A stretch of 64,000 nt of DNA from Gordius albopunctatus (Eukaryota). The translations under genes were made by a program, and so were the position numbers. Positions 51,511 through 64,000 of this stretch are shown in pieces; positions within the stretch are counted from its first letter, which is position 1; each line of letters opens with the position of its first letter. The DNA lies in assembly GCA_964276515.1 (NCBI GenBank), contig OZ193909.1:7068001-7132000 (forward strand). The letters run 5' to 3'. The notes beneath the pieces were generated by a model. The model was not told the DNA's origin and ran no database searches. It worked only from the letters and a program-made list of their open reading frames with translations.

Positions 51511-53177
51511 AGTACGCAAAAAAATTATTCATATTGTTGCGAGAGGCTAAAAAGCGTTTCATATTCAACATTGCGAGGGGTTGAGGAGGGAATTTGTAGT
51601 TGCAGGCATGGGCGTATCCAGGGGGGGGGGCAGGAAGGAGCGGGTGCCCCCCTTTAAATCCAAAAATGTGTTAAAATTTAAAATTAGGGCTTAAATTACA
51701 TAAAATCATCATATTGCCCCTCCCTAAATCATCATTGCCCCCCTCTAATCCCAACTCGCCCATGGTTTTAGGTATTCAAATTAAATAATTTAATACACTT
51801 ATTCCTCAACGGGTTGGTATAAATTAAAAAAATTTCTTTGAGCAATGTTAACGAACAGCCTTGATGATAAACGGCATGGAGGCGGTTGTAACCTGAAGGT
51901 AGGGTGGAGTCGGTTGTGGTCGACATAAAAGTAGGGGAAGAGATTGTAGTTTATTTAGAGAAGAGGTTGCAGATTTGGTTAAAGGAATGAAAATTGTTCA
52001 CTAGCTAAAATGTCATCGGTGGTGAAAAATAGTTGATAATACTAATGATTAGCTGCTTTAATAACAGTCCCTTGAATATGACGTGCTCATCAATGCATTT
52101 TATTGCCGAGATGGCGTAGGCCAGGTATGTGTTGAAATGTCATGTTGTTTGTGATTGCGGCCATTTGTGTAGCAGTGGACAGGTAGTCAAGTATTTGCAT
52201 GATTGAAGTTTAGTGGGCGTCGAGGCTGTCATCGTAATAGCAACCGGGTAGGTAGGCAACTTGGATATATTGTTCGCAGCATTCGGAGATTAGGTTTAGT
52301 TAGGTGAAGGGGTCAATTGCCGCAACTCTATAGTGTCTTTGCCATTTTCGTATTAATGGTGACTTGACAAAGCTATGCCCAAAAATTCCAGTTGTATAAG
52401 TTTAGCCGTGACGCCGTAAGAAAGGAAATGTTTTGGGACGGAGAGCAATGGAAAAAAAACGGCTCCCCCAAAGCAGAGTCATTAATTTAGTATTTTTAAA
52501 AAATGCATTATTAATATTAATCAATGCCTTAAATTTCGATATAACCTAAAGGCCATAATTTGGAGACGGTTCATAAATTTAAATTTTCGACACGTTAAAA
52601 AAGTAGAATTTGCCCTCATTAGTTCCTATTTAAAGGACTCACATTTAAGCTCAATATTTTATGAAAATCACTTTTGAATAGGCTTTGGCTAAGAAAACAC
52701 ATTATATAAAATTTATTTGTCAAATGTTAATTAAACATCAGATAAGAGTTATGGCAAAACCGAAAATCACTCATAAAAAATGCATAAACATATTTAATTC
52801 CATAATATCCTAACCTATATGAATATTTTAAATAGGAAATAGAACAACACATCTTTCTTTATTTGACCCTCAATAAACTTTATGCGTTCATATAGATATC
52901 CTATTTTCTCCACAACCTAATAGAATGATTTAAATAAGAAGTTAACAAGATCAAGAAATCCATTATAGTTATATCTATTAATTCCTTTAAGTATAATATG
53001 TGGCAATCAGGCAATACAAAAGTCTTGAATAGGTAGTAGATGTATCGAATTCATCAATAACTCCAAAATAGTAAGAAACCCGCTGCAACACATGCAAGGT
53101 ATCAAATAACTATACTACCCTACTTTGTGAAGCCCTTTTATATACTATTTATATATTTGCTTTAAGGATTTTTTATA

Positions 53178-56100
53178 ATGTATATGATTAATTCGTTTCG
53201 CACATATATCATCCTTTTTGCATCTTGCAGTATTGGCAATTTACAAACAATACGACACCCAATTACCTACAATTATGGTAATTCATTATTGCCTTTAAAA
53301 ACTCTATCATAAATAAATTTATTTTTTCTAAATTTCTTGATCATGACTTTTTTACTTTTTCATAATGCTGTTTCACATATTTTGGCGTCTGCGGCAATAT
53401 TATTATAAGACGCTAATAATTGTTAGAAGAACCTTTTTCCTGACCTAATGGAGATAATTATAAAATTTCAGGCATATCTTAATTGAGAGTTATTATAAGT
53501 TTATCATGTAGCCAATTTTAGATTTCTAGCGATCGGGGATACTGGAGGTGTGAATCGCTTCCCGTTCACATCAGAAATTGGGCGAACTGTTGCTGATACT
53601 ATGTCCAAATGGGCCACAGAAAAACGACCACAGTTTATCCTCTTGTTAGGGGACAATATATACAATAGAGGGGCGTCTAGAGTCAACGATCCCAGATTTA
53701 AGGCAAATCATTTAGCTAATTAATTATATCATCGTAGTACTTCAATCATTTTATAGCGTATTTTACAAAATTTATCGGTAGATTTAATACTCCTAAAGGA
53801 GTTACTCAAGTTAAAAAATCCAAAGGGCGAAGTAATAGAGACATTTTGTTAATAAAAATCTAAGTTATAAAACAATATACAAAGTTTTTATTAAAACATA
53901 TATTGTATAGCAATTAATATAAAATAAGCTACTATACAACAAAATTCCTTGTCTCTATGATCAGTCGAAATAGCAACTTTGTAAGTTGTATATAGCAGAG
54001 GTAAGATTTGTTTAAATGCCTATGCCCTAATCCGGCCTTGTTCAATTTTATAAATAAATTGCCCCCGCCCGAGCGCATTTAGGTGTACGCCCAGGTATGC
54101 CAAAATCATAAGAGCTGCTCGAACTGCCCTGCTCTAAATAATAATTTTTTAGATTTTAGCAACAATTTTATTATAATTTTTAAAGTTGTAAATTTAATTC
54201 GCTTTTTTTGGATAAGAACTACGATTTATAAATATTATACAATCAGATAAAAGTGGCAAAATAATACGCAAAAACAAAATTATACACATACAAGTACAAC
54301 CCGAATTGCCCGAATATTGTTATCATTCCTGCCTCGCCTGCCCGAACATCTAAATTTACGACAGTTGCTCCCCGGCTTTTTTGATTTTGTAATATTTTAT
54401 CATATGGTGAAAGATTCAATGTGAAAATTAAATTTATGTAGGGACGTTATAACATTTACACTGGAAAATTGTGAAGCACTGTACAAAGATTTTATCAATT
54501 TTTTTTAAACACAATTAGGCTTCGTTCGAAAACCTCTATTCCAAAAAGACATTGAACATGCCTTGGTATGTTATTGCTGGAAATCATGACCATTTAGGGA
54601 ACGTGCAGGCTGAAATCGATTACACGGGTGTCTCGAAACGGTGGTAAGGAAAAAATTTATTCGGAGGGAAGGAAATATATTGAAGTTAAATTAAAAACAT
54701 TTGATTTATAACAGATTAAAATAAACAAAATGTGCAAGTTTGAAGGAACGTTTCTCACATATTAAGACTTAAGTATCTTCATTGTTACGGTTTAAGAATT
54801 TAAAATTCTTTTACAAGTTTTACAATAACTCGTTCTTCAACTATGCCCATTTTTATATTAATTTTGCCCTGTGTTTTTTATAAAAACATTTGCGAAATTG
54901 TTTGTCTTATGAATTCAGAAGTATACAAAATTATGTAAGACTAAATGAACTTTCCTTTATTTTACAGGAAATTTTTTAACAACTACTATGACGTTATATA
55001 CGAGGTGAAATTGGAATCTCGACTAGTTACCATACAAATTGTTGCAATCGACACCATGATTTTATGCGGCAAAAAGTATTTTATGACGCTGGAAAATTTG
55101 AGGCGGGGTCCGGAAGACCCTGTGGTAATGGATGCTTCTTGGGATTATGGTGACACTGATGAACACTGGGAATGGCTCATTACCAAACTCAATTCCTCCA
55201 AGTAACTCATTTTAATATCCTATCAAGATTCATTTAAGCAAAGGAGGTACAAAAATGTAACAAAATTTGTCCAATATAGGGCTAACAAAATTTAGATGTG
55301 AAAGTACCAAATTATTAATAAAATTATAAAATTCACAGTGAAAAGAGTTGAAATTTCGTTAAAAATATGTTATTTTAAGTTGATTAAACAGAGGTCCCCG
55401 TTTTCTATAATGTTTTTGACCATTGGTACAGTAATAACCCTCACATGTCTCTAAATCGCCCTCATCCCCAGTTCTAAGAACTTAAATATTGTCATATGAA
55501 TTTAGCGAATATTTTTAGAGCCGATTACCTCATAGTGATGGGCCATTATCCCGTATATTCGATAGGGTCGCACGGACCGGATGTTTGCCTACTCAAGAGC
55601 TTGAGACCTTTATTGATCAAATACAAGGTCACCGCATATTTATGTGGACACGACCACAACCAGCAGGTATTAATGCATTTTACTAACCCTACAATTCACA
55701 AATTTAAGTATGCGTCAGATGATAAGGCATGATATTTTAATTAAAATGGGAAGACAACAATAATGCCGTGAAAATAATTCTAATGTTTAAAAGGTAAAAA
55801 TTGAAAGTCTAATGGGATGTGTTTATTAAAAACAGCTGATATCACGCAGGCCAAGCGTCCCAATCAATTATATGACTCACATATATTATTTAATGACGCC
55901 CTATTTTGTAAAAATATTCAAGGACGCTCCCTATCAAAATATTTATAAGTGAAACCCAAGCCTGCATATGGGAGGAGAGCCCCATGATGAGTTAAATATG
56001 ACGAATTTTGTAAATTATGTTTATTCATTAAAACGTCGGGTAGTATATAAATTTTAAATTGAAATATTTGTTTAAGAACTATTATAATTTGTTTAAGAAC

Positions 56101-56655
56101 CTACCTGATGGGCCTAACCAGAATTGAAATAAGAGGGGAACATTAATTAATTAGAAGGGTAAAAGCAATGCTTTTTAAACATTTTATACTTATTAAAATT
56201 TAAAGCTTTTTGAGATTTAAAAATAGGGCAGTTACCAATCCCTGGCTCCGCACATTGTATGTTTATAAAACAGTAATGGATGTTATGTTAATCTATAATA
56301 TAAAATTTAATAGACTTTAATCGTAATTATTTCATATTTAATTATAATATGTATTTCTCAAATTAAGCATTTATCCGAAACAGTCGATATGGTTGACAAT
56401 GAAAGCGATTTTCACATCGAGGACAATGTGCAATGGACGTTGCATTATTTATTATTTGGTTCGGGATCGAAGGTTAGTAAGAAACGTAAAAACAGAGCTA
56501 AAGTTCCAAGGGGTATGTTGAAATATTTTGATGCCAGCGATTTTGGAGGTTTTGGATCATTTGAATTTAATGGCGCCAATGGATATTTAAGAGTAGATTA
56601 CATCGATGGTGTCGGAAACGTCAAAAATAACCACACTATGAAACCACGGTTTTAG
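53178..56655 (+). CDS. ACP5: Tartrate-resistant (purple) acid phosphatase type 5-like, ~361 aa; exons 53178-53277, 53512-53702, 54519-54643, 54968-55201, 55519-55666, 56368-56655
   Basis: All purple-acid-phosphatase metal-ligand motifs are present (GDTGG, GDNIY, GNHD, VMGHYP, GHDH), with a signal-peptide-like exon 1. Phases are consistent (1086 nt); intron 2 is GC-AG. Confidence 0.92.
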
Positions 56656-58872
56656 CAATTTTATCTTTTAGTAATGCATTGTAACATTTTTACCAATAAT
56701 TTGAATTTGCAAATTTTTTTATAATGTACAATGATCTTAAACAAAGCTTGTATTTTTTACGTTGTGCCAGGCAAATATTTTTTAAAATAGATGGTTTAGC
56801 TTGTTAATGGCACGTTCAGCCTACCAATGAAATATCAAAGTAATCAGCGCGTTTTTTTTTCTTTTATGAACTATCAAGGGGACTTTAAAGCAAGCGACAC
56901 ATGTCAAATTTTGTCAATACTCCGCTGATCAAAATAGGGGAGAAATTTAAGGGTCCAAAATAATAACCACTATTCCTACATAAGTTACTTATTATAGTTA
57001 AAATATTAATCTTACATAGTGTAACATTTCAACATAAAAATAAGCTAGTTTACACTGATCGACAAAATGTTAACATAAGAGACCGGATCAGCTAAAAGCT
57101 TTGCGTTGTATTCATTCAGTCTTGGCTGATCTATTTAGTGAAATCAGAATATAACAAAAAAACTCGGGCCTTCGGCCCTCGTGGGAAGGGGGAAGGGGAG
57201 AGAAGGGGGAAGGGGAGGAGGGGAAGGAAGGGGGAACTCATCTACACTCCGTATAAATGTATCATATTTGCTATGCAATTTATGGAAATACTTACGTGAA
57301 TATTGCAAAACGAAGGTTGGAAGCACTAAATAAGTGTATATGCCAAATATCATAAAGGGGGAGAGAGGGAGCGAAGGGGAAGCTTTATGGTTAGTTAAAT
57401 TCTATGGGAGTTGTATTACCAAAAAGTCATAATAGCAATGGTAGGAACAGGAACAATCATAATAGTCAAAAAAAACGAAAAAAAAATTTTCGAATCACAT
57501 TTTGGCCAAAGGTCATTTTTTTCCATTGGTCAGCAGCCAGGACATGGTAAAAGTGGATATAAATTCATAATAGTAAAAAAAAACGAAAAAAAAGTTTTCG
57601 AATCACATTTTGACCAATGGTTATTTTATTCCATTGGTCAGCAGCCAGCGGACGGCCAAAAAGTCATAATAGCAATGGTAGGAACAGGAAGAATCATAAT
57701 AGTCAAAAAAAAAACGGAAAAAATAATTTCGATTCACATTTTGGCCAATGGTCATTTTTTTCCATTGGTCAGCAGCCAGGACACGGTAAAAGTGGATATA
57801 AATTCATAACAGTCAAAAAAAAACTAAAAAAAAATTTTCGAATCACATTTTGGCCAATGGTCATTTTATTCCATTGGTCAGCAGCCAGCGGACGGCCAAA
57901 AAGTCATAATAGCAATGGTAGGAACAGGAACAATCATAATATTCAAAAAAAACGAAAAAATAAACTCGGATACACATTTTGGCCAATGGTCATTTTTTTC
58001 ATTGGTCAGCAGCCAGCGGACGGCCAAAAAGTCTTATTATCATTGATAGTAACAAGAACAATCATAAGAGTCAAAAAAAACTCCGGGATTCTAACCCAAA
58101 AACTAGATAAATTGCATAGCAATTATTAAAAAGTATAGGGTAATTATCAATGTTAACCTATTCAAAAACGAACAAAAAATTTTGATTTATTTGGCCAATG
58201 GTAATTTTTTTCAATTATCAATGTTAACTTATTCAAAAAGGAAAAACGAAAAATTAGGATTTATTTGGCCAATGTTCATTTTTTCATTGGTCAGTAGCCA
58301 GCGGACGGTCAAAAAGTCATATTATCAATGGTATTAACAAGAACAAAATATTAAATTAATTAAAAAAATAAAAATTTTGCCCTCTCCGGGATTCGAACCC
58401 ACATTAAATAGAGGCATAAGCCTTTGGAGGGGAACAGGGAACCATATAAATAGAGCCATAGGCCCTTGTAGGGGAGGGCATAGGGTTGTAGAGGCTACGA
58501 ATTTAATTAAAAAACCTCCTTTCGCACGCTACTTTCCCTTGACCCCGTCTAGGCAAATTCTAACACGTTACTTTGGTTAATAGCTCCTCGCTTATACTTT
58601 ATCATCGCCTGACTTATTCAAATTATTATTCACGCACCCTAATAATAGCTCCTCGCTTATACTTTATCATCGCCTGACTTATTCAAATTATTATTCACGC
58701 ACCCTAATCATAAAAGTGAATACATTTAAGTATTTGAATGTCTCGCAATTCACCTTATTATACACACAAATAACCTCGCAGAGATGTGTATATAAACGCG
58801 ATGTTATTAAATAAAAGTATTCATTCATTTTTCCATTATCTTTTAACTTAACTGCCCTTTAAACTTAACATT

Positions 58873-58882
58873 TGGTGACCCC
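58873..58882 (+). promoter_or_regulatory. Primer binding site, likely tRNA-Trp
   Basis: TGGTGACCCC lies 2 nt after the 5' LTR, the PBS type known for the CsRn1 clade. Confidence 0.75.
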
Positions 58883-58886
58883 TAAA

Positions 58887-59684
58887 ATGTCCACCCAACC
58901 ATCTGATATGGAGGTTAAAAGCGAAAATGCCACATATTTTAAACTGCCACAGTTTAACAATATAAATACCCGCTCATGGTTCACTCAAATAGAGGCTCTT
59001 TTCTTTGTTAGAAAGATAAAAAGCGAAACTACCAAGGCTGGGTACTTAATAGAAGCCTTGCCACTGGAAATAACTGTCGAAATTCAAGACATCCTACAAA
59101 ATATGCCCGACATTTTACCCTATACAACCATTAAAGCCGCCATCATAGACCGCACAAGCCAATCCGATTCTGCTAGACTTCGTGCTCTTCTCACAACTGT
59201 GGAATTAGGAGATCGTACCCCATCCCAGCTTCTGCGCTTCATGAAAAATCTTCTGGGAACGAATAGCATGGATGAACAAGTTCTTAAAGAACTTTGGATA
59301 GAAAAACTTCCAAAAAACATGATCGGTATTTTGGCAATTGTTTCTGACGAGCAGCCCCTCTCCAAATTAGCCGAAACTGCAGACAAAATTGTAGAGACCT
59401 ACCACACCTCCACATGTTCTAGTGTAAATGTAGTCACGGAAAATGAATCGACTCGGCTTAGGGAGATGATTGCAAAACTCACCCAGGAGGTCCAAAATTT
59501 AAAAGTCTCAATCAATAGGCCACGTGATCGTTCCAACTCGAGACGCCGCAACCCCTCTACCGTTCGCCACCCTAGCTCGCATGTTCAACCAAATCTCGTT
59601 TGTTGGTACCATTACCGCTTTAAAGACAAGGCGCTCAAATGCGTGCAACCTTGCGCATTTAACCTCCCCGCAACAAACGAATAG
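58887..59684 (+). CDS. gag: Gag of the CsRn1-like element
   Basis: [17 protein letters not shown] and [18 protein letters not shown] (CHCC) motifs; first ATG at 58887. Confidence 0.9.
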   Translation: MSTQPSDMEVKSENATYFKLPQFNNINTRSWFTQIEALFFVRKIKSETTKAGYLIEALPLEITVEIQDILQNMPDILPYTTIKAAIIDRTSQSDSARLRALLTTVELGDRTPSQLLRFMKNLLGTNSMDEQVLKELWIEKLPKNMIGILAIVSDEQPLSKLAETADKIVETYHTSTCSSVNVVTENESTRLREMIAKLTQEVQNLKVSINRPRDRSNSRRRNPSTVRHPSSHVQPNLVCWYHYRFKDKALKCVQPCAFNLPATNE

Positions 59685-62600
59685 ACCACCCAGGGATGGC
59701 GACGCCTGGACTTGGTCTAAAACTTAGTCGCTTATTTTACATTTTCGACAAATCCACGGGCCTACGATTCCTCATTGACACAGGCGCAGAGATTTCCATT
59801 ATTCCGCCTTCCCGAGACCATCCCTTGACCCCTTCCTATGTGCAACTCCAGGCCGCCAATTCTACCCCTATCAAAACATATGGCCAAAAGCTTTTCACTT
59901 TGGACCTCGACCTACGCAAAGAATTTAGATGGATTTTTACAATTGCAGACGTTAAACAGCCAATAATCGGAGCCGATTTTCTTAATCACTACCATCTGGT
60001 AGTTGATATAAAAAAGAAGCAGCTCTTCGATACTCAAACGACATTAACATCTGCAGGTAAGGCTACACTCGCGACGTCAATCAACATACAAGTTGGGATA
60101 ATTGGCACCTCTCCCATCAAATCACTACTTCAGAAGTATGCCTCCATAGTGTCCCCTTCTGATTATAAGGCTCAAGTAACTCACAGCACTCAACACCACA
60201 TCCACACCAACGGCCCTCCGGTTCACTCAAAACCAAGGAGACTTTTCCCGGACAAGCTTAAGATTGCCCGAGACGAATTTACTCACATGCTCGAACTTGG
60301 TATAATCCGTCCCTCTAACAGTGACTGGTCCTCACCCCTGCACATGGTACCCAAGAAGGCCGCGGGAGATTGGAGACCTTGTGGCGACTATCGCATGCTC
60401 AACAGTCGTACAATTCCCGATCGTTATCCCCTTCCACACCTCCATAACTTTGCGCTGACCCTTTGCAATAAAACGGTATTCTCAAAGATCGATTTAGTCA
60501 GGGCTTACCACCAAATTCCAATGGCCCCAGAGGATATTTCTAAAACCGCCATCACAAATTTCTTCGCATGCCATTTGACCTTCGCAACGCTGCTCAGACG
60601 TTTCAACGCTTTATGGACCAAGTTTTTAGAGAACTTGACTTTGTTTTTGTTTACCTTGACGACGTTCTCATCGCGAGTTCTTCCATTAACGAACACCACA
60701 ATCATATTAGACTGGTTTTTGAAAGACTCAAGACTTTCGGTATTAAAATCAGTCAGGATAAATGCGTATGGTGCCAAAACGAAATTTTTTTTTTGGGACA
60801 CAAAATCACCCCTCAAGGTTTGTCACCCCTTCAGGACAAGGTGGAACAATCCTCAATTTCCCACAGCCTACCTCGATGACTCAGTTGAGACGCTTCTTAG
60901 GGATGATTAATTTTTATAGACGTTTTATTCCAATGTGTGCCGATTTACTCAAACCTCTCACCGATATGCTCGACGGTTCAAAGAAGACAATATCCTGCAC
61001 CCCGGAAGCTTCGACTGCTTTTAACAATGCCAAACTCGCTTTAAGCAATGTCGTGCCTCTTTCCCATCTTCAAAAAGACGCTAAATTCTCAATCACCACC
61101 GACGCCTCCAGCTCAGCCGTAGGAGCCGTATTACATCAAACAACTAACGATAAGACGCTGCCTTTAGCTTTTTTTTCCCAAAAGCTAACAAAAACTCAAC
61201 AACGATATAGTGCATTCGGTCGCGAATTATTAGCAATATATTTAACAATCCGCCATTACCGCCATTTTTTAGAGGGTCATGAATTCACTATTTATACAGA
61301 CCACAAGCCACTAACTTATGCTTTCAGTACACCTATCGACAAATACTCCCCGCGGGAGATTAGACAGTTAGACTATATTTCGCAATATTCTACCGATCTA
61401 CAATATATAGCTGGCAAATCAAATATAGTCGCTGACACCCTCTCAAGGTCTGAAATTGATTCCGTTGATTTTAAAGACAGGCCTCTAGTTGAAAGGTTAG
61501 CTTTGGCTCAGATGGAAGAAAATTCGACATTTCAAGACCTAAAGTCTCTAAAAATAACGCAACTTCCTATACCGGGCTCTGATTTGACCGTGCAATGCGA
61601 CATGTCCACAACCTCACCTCGACCACTCGTCCCAACTTCACTGAGACGCGTAATTTTCGATAACTTCCACAACTTATCACACCCTGGTACGCGTGCAACA
61701 CTTAAGCTGATTTCACGCCGATATGTTTGGCCCTCCATCAATACGGATGTAAGAAAATGGGCCAAATCATGCGTTGCTTGTCAAAAATCGAAAATTCATC
61801 GTCACATAAAGGCCCCTTCAGGTACATTTGCTGAACCAGACGCTCGATTTAGCCACATCCACGTCGATCTCGTTGGTCCACTACCACCGTCAAATGGATA
61901 TACCCACTTACTCACGATTATTGACCGTTTCACACGATGGCCTGTCGCCATGCCGATCCATGACACCTCAGCCCAAACGGTTGCAAAAGCTCTGATCAAG
62001 TATTGGATAGCTGACCTCGGAGTACCATCAAGCCTCACAACAGATAGAGGTCCCCAGTTTGAGTCCCAATTATTTCGGAATCTCACGCAACTTCTTGGTG
62101 TAAATCACATCACAACCACTGCCTATCACCCACAAGCTAATGGCATGATTGAGAGATTTCATCGACAGCTGAAAAGTTCCTTGATGGCACAAGGTGACAC
62201 AACCAAATGGGATGAGCTCTTACCATTAATTTTGCTTGGCATTCGAACCACCATCAAGGAAGACTTAGGTTGCACTCCAGCCGAATTAGTTTATGGCACT
62301 ACACTTAGACTTCCCGGCGAATTTTTCACGAACTCAAGTACACCTCACAACGCCTCCGAATTTATTAAAGGCCTAAAACAACATTTTTACCATTTGCCTT
62401 TTAAAAAGGTCAGGACACAATCGACAAATGCGGATACAACTTCACTTCTTAGGGAATGTAAATACGTTTTTATCCGTAATGATTTCGTTCGAAAAAGTTT
62501 GGTGCCACCATATGACGGACCGTTCAGAGTAAAGTCCAAACATGCTAAATATTTCATTATTGAAAAAAACGGAAAAGCTAACTCAATTTCGATCGAGCGA

Positions 62601-62795
62601 CTGAAACCTGAATATTTAGATACTTCAACTCAGCCGTTTACGGATACCGAAAATTCAAATCCATCCAAATCTAGGCCTACCGACAAAATCGCTGAACCAG
62701 TTAACTCCGACCCAGACCTAACAAAATCAAAAGAAAACCCATACATCACATCGAGAGGAAGGCACGTGCATTGGCGCTATAAACTACTACACTAA
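59663..62795 (+). pseudogene. pol: Pol (protease, RT, RNase H, integrase) of the CsRn1-like element, frameshifted within RT
   Basis: [19 protein letters not shown] (ORF 60568), TDAS, HHCC and HVDLVG/TDRG/E motifs. A deletion near 60556 removes the TPFGLFE-type motif and further frameshifts lie near 60790-60850. Confidence 0.9.
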
Positions 62796-64000
62796 CCACA
62801 ACTCTCCGAGTGAAGGCCCGATGATAGTTGTAGAGGCTACGGATTTAATTAAAAAACCTCCTTTCGCACGCTACTTTCCCTTGACCCCGTCTAGGCAAAT
62901 TCTAACACGTTACTTTGGTTAATAGCTCCTCGCTTATACTTTATCATCGCCTGACTTATTCAAATTATTATTCACGCACCCTAATAATAGCTCCTCGCTT
63001 ATACTTTATCATCGCCTGACTTATTCAAATTATTATTCACGCACCCTAATCATAAAAGTGAATACATTTAAGTATTTGAATGTCTCGCAATTCACCTTAT
63101 TATACACACAAATAACCTCGCAGAGATGTGTATATAAACGCGATGTTATTAAATAAAAGTATTCATTCATTTTTCCATTATCTTTTAACATAACTGCCCT
63201 TTAAACTTAACAGGGTAATTATCAATGTTAAACTATTCAAAAACGAAAAATTAAAAATTTCGATTTATCTGGCCAGTGGTCATTTTTTCATTGGTCAGTA
63301 GCCTGCGGACGGTCAAAAATTTATATTATCAATGGTATTAACAAGAACAATATATTAATTTAATTTTAAAAAAAATAAAAATTTTTGTCCTCTCCGGGTC
63401 TCGAACCATCAATTTAGAACGTTCGCCGGGATTCAAACCCACATTAAATAGAGGCATAAGCCTTTGGAGGGGAACAGGGAACCATATAAATAGAGCCATA
63501 GGCCCTTGTAGGGGAGGGCATAGGGTAATTATCAATGTTAAAATATTCAAAAACGAAAAATTAAAAATTTCGATTTATCTGGCCAGTGGTCATTTTTTCA
63601 TTGGTCAGTAGCCTGCGGACGGTCAAAAAGTCATATTATCAATGGTATTAACAAGAAAAAAATATTAATTTAATTTAAAAAAAAAAAAAATTTTGTCCTC
63701 TCCGGGTCTCGAACCCGCAACCTCCAGGTCGGGAAGCTGGTGTAAATAACTTGGTGGACGGACGGACGGACGGACGGACAACCAAAAACGAGCCCATAAA
63801 TTGCATAGCAATTAACAATGTTCTTTATTTACTTTATAGGGTTTGTCATGTTAATATGCGATTTTGAGCAAAAAAACGAATACGCGTTGAAGGTTGTTTC
63901 TTAATCCGCGCGTCGCTTCAGTTTTAAAGCTTTCGGGAAACTGTTTTAAATTTATGAACTTGAAAACAAAATAAAATATGGTGCGCTTGAAGCTGAATCC

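Larger units (their letters stand above)
58487..63212 (+). mobile_element. Full-length Ty3/Gypsy LTR retrotransposon, CsRn1 clade
   Basis: 384-bp TG...CA LTRs (58487-58870, 62829-63212) with 2 mismatches, 4-bp TSD gggt, tRNA-Trp-type PBS, and CHCC gag motif. Confidence 0.96.
57157..63815 (-). mobile_element. HINE/DINE-like copy B, inverted relative to copy A and interrupted by the CsRn1-like provirus
   Basis: 3' hairpin 57166-57178, subTIRs 57268-57285 and 63792-63811, (GGAC)n at about 63756-63779, and the same ~120-bp and 311-bp units as copy A. Confidence 0.82.

Noticed and set aside
51850..52430. Possible LINE ORF1 zinc-knuckle remnant on the - strand
   Set aside because: Too degenerate to support a call without a search.
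45456..63815. Single giant Foldback or Mutator element with kb-long TIRs
   Set aside because: No TSD, and each arm has its own subTIR pair and 3' hairpin, so they are two complete HINE-like elements.

Overview
AT-rich eukaryotic genomic DNA, probably from an invertebrate, made mostly of nested transposable elements. Two spliced host genes could be reconstructed with consistent exon phases. One is a 6-exon purple (tartrate-resistant, ACP5-like) acid phosphatase at 53178-56655 (+) with a GC-AG intron. The other is a 5-exon secreted protein I do not recognise, at 17350-23824 (-), with prohormone-like basic sites. Mobile elements include two young Ty3/Gypsy proviruses (Mag-like 7051-11256 -, CsRn1-like 58487-63212 +), three RTE LINEs, a head-to-tail cluster of CRE-like RLE retrotransposon fragments, many hAT remnants and MITEs with 8-bp TSDs, a decayed P element, and two large Helentron-associated (HINE/DINE-like) elements in inverted orientation around the phosphatase gene. 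The most notable finding is a non-coding ~530-bp retroposed insertion (26174-26703) carrying a minimal type I hammerhead ribozyme, with Penelope pLTR or retrozyme architecture and a second truncated copy. Others are a local inversion that flipped a P-element end and its TSD next to HINE termini, two MITE families sharing one triplicated target octamer, and tRNA-like B-box modules amplified inside the HINE tandem repeats. All calls come from reading the sequence; no searches were run.
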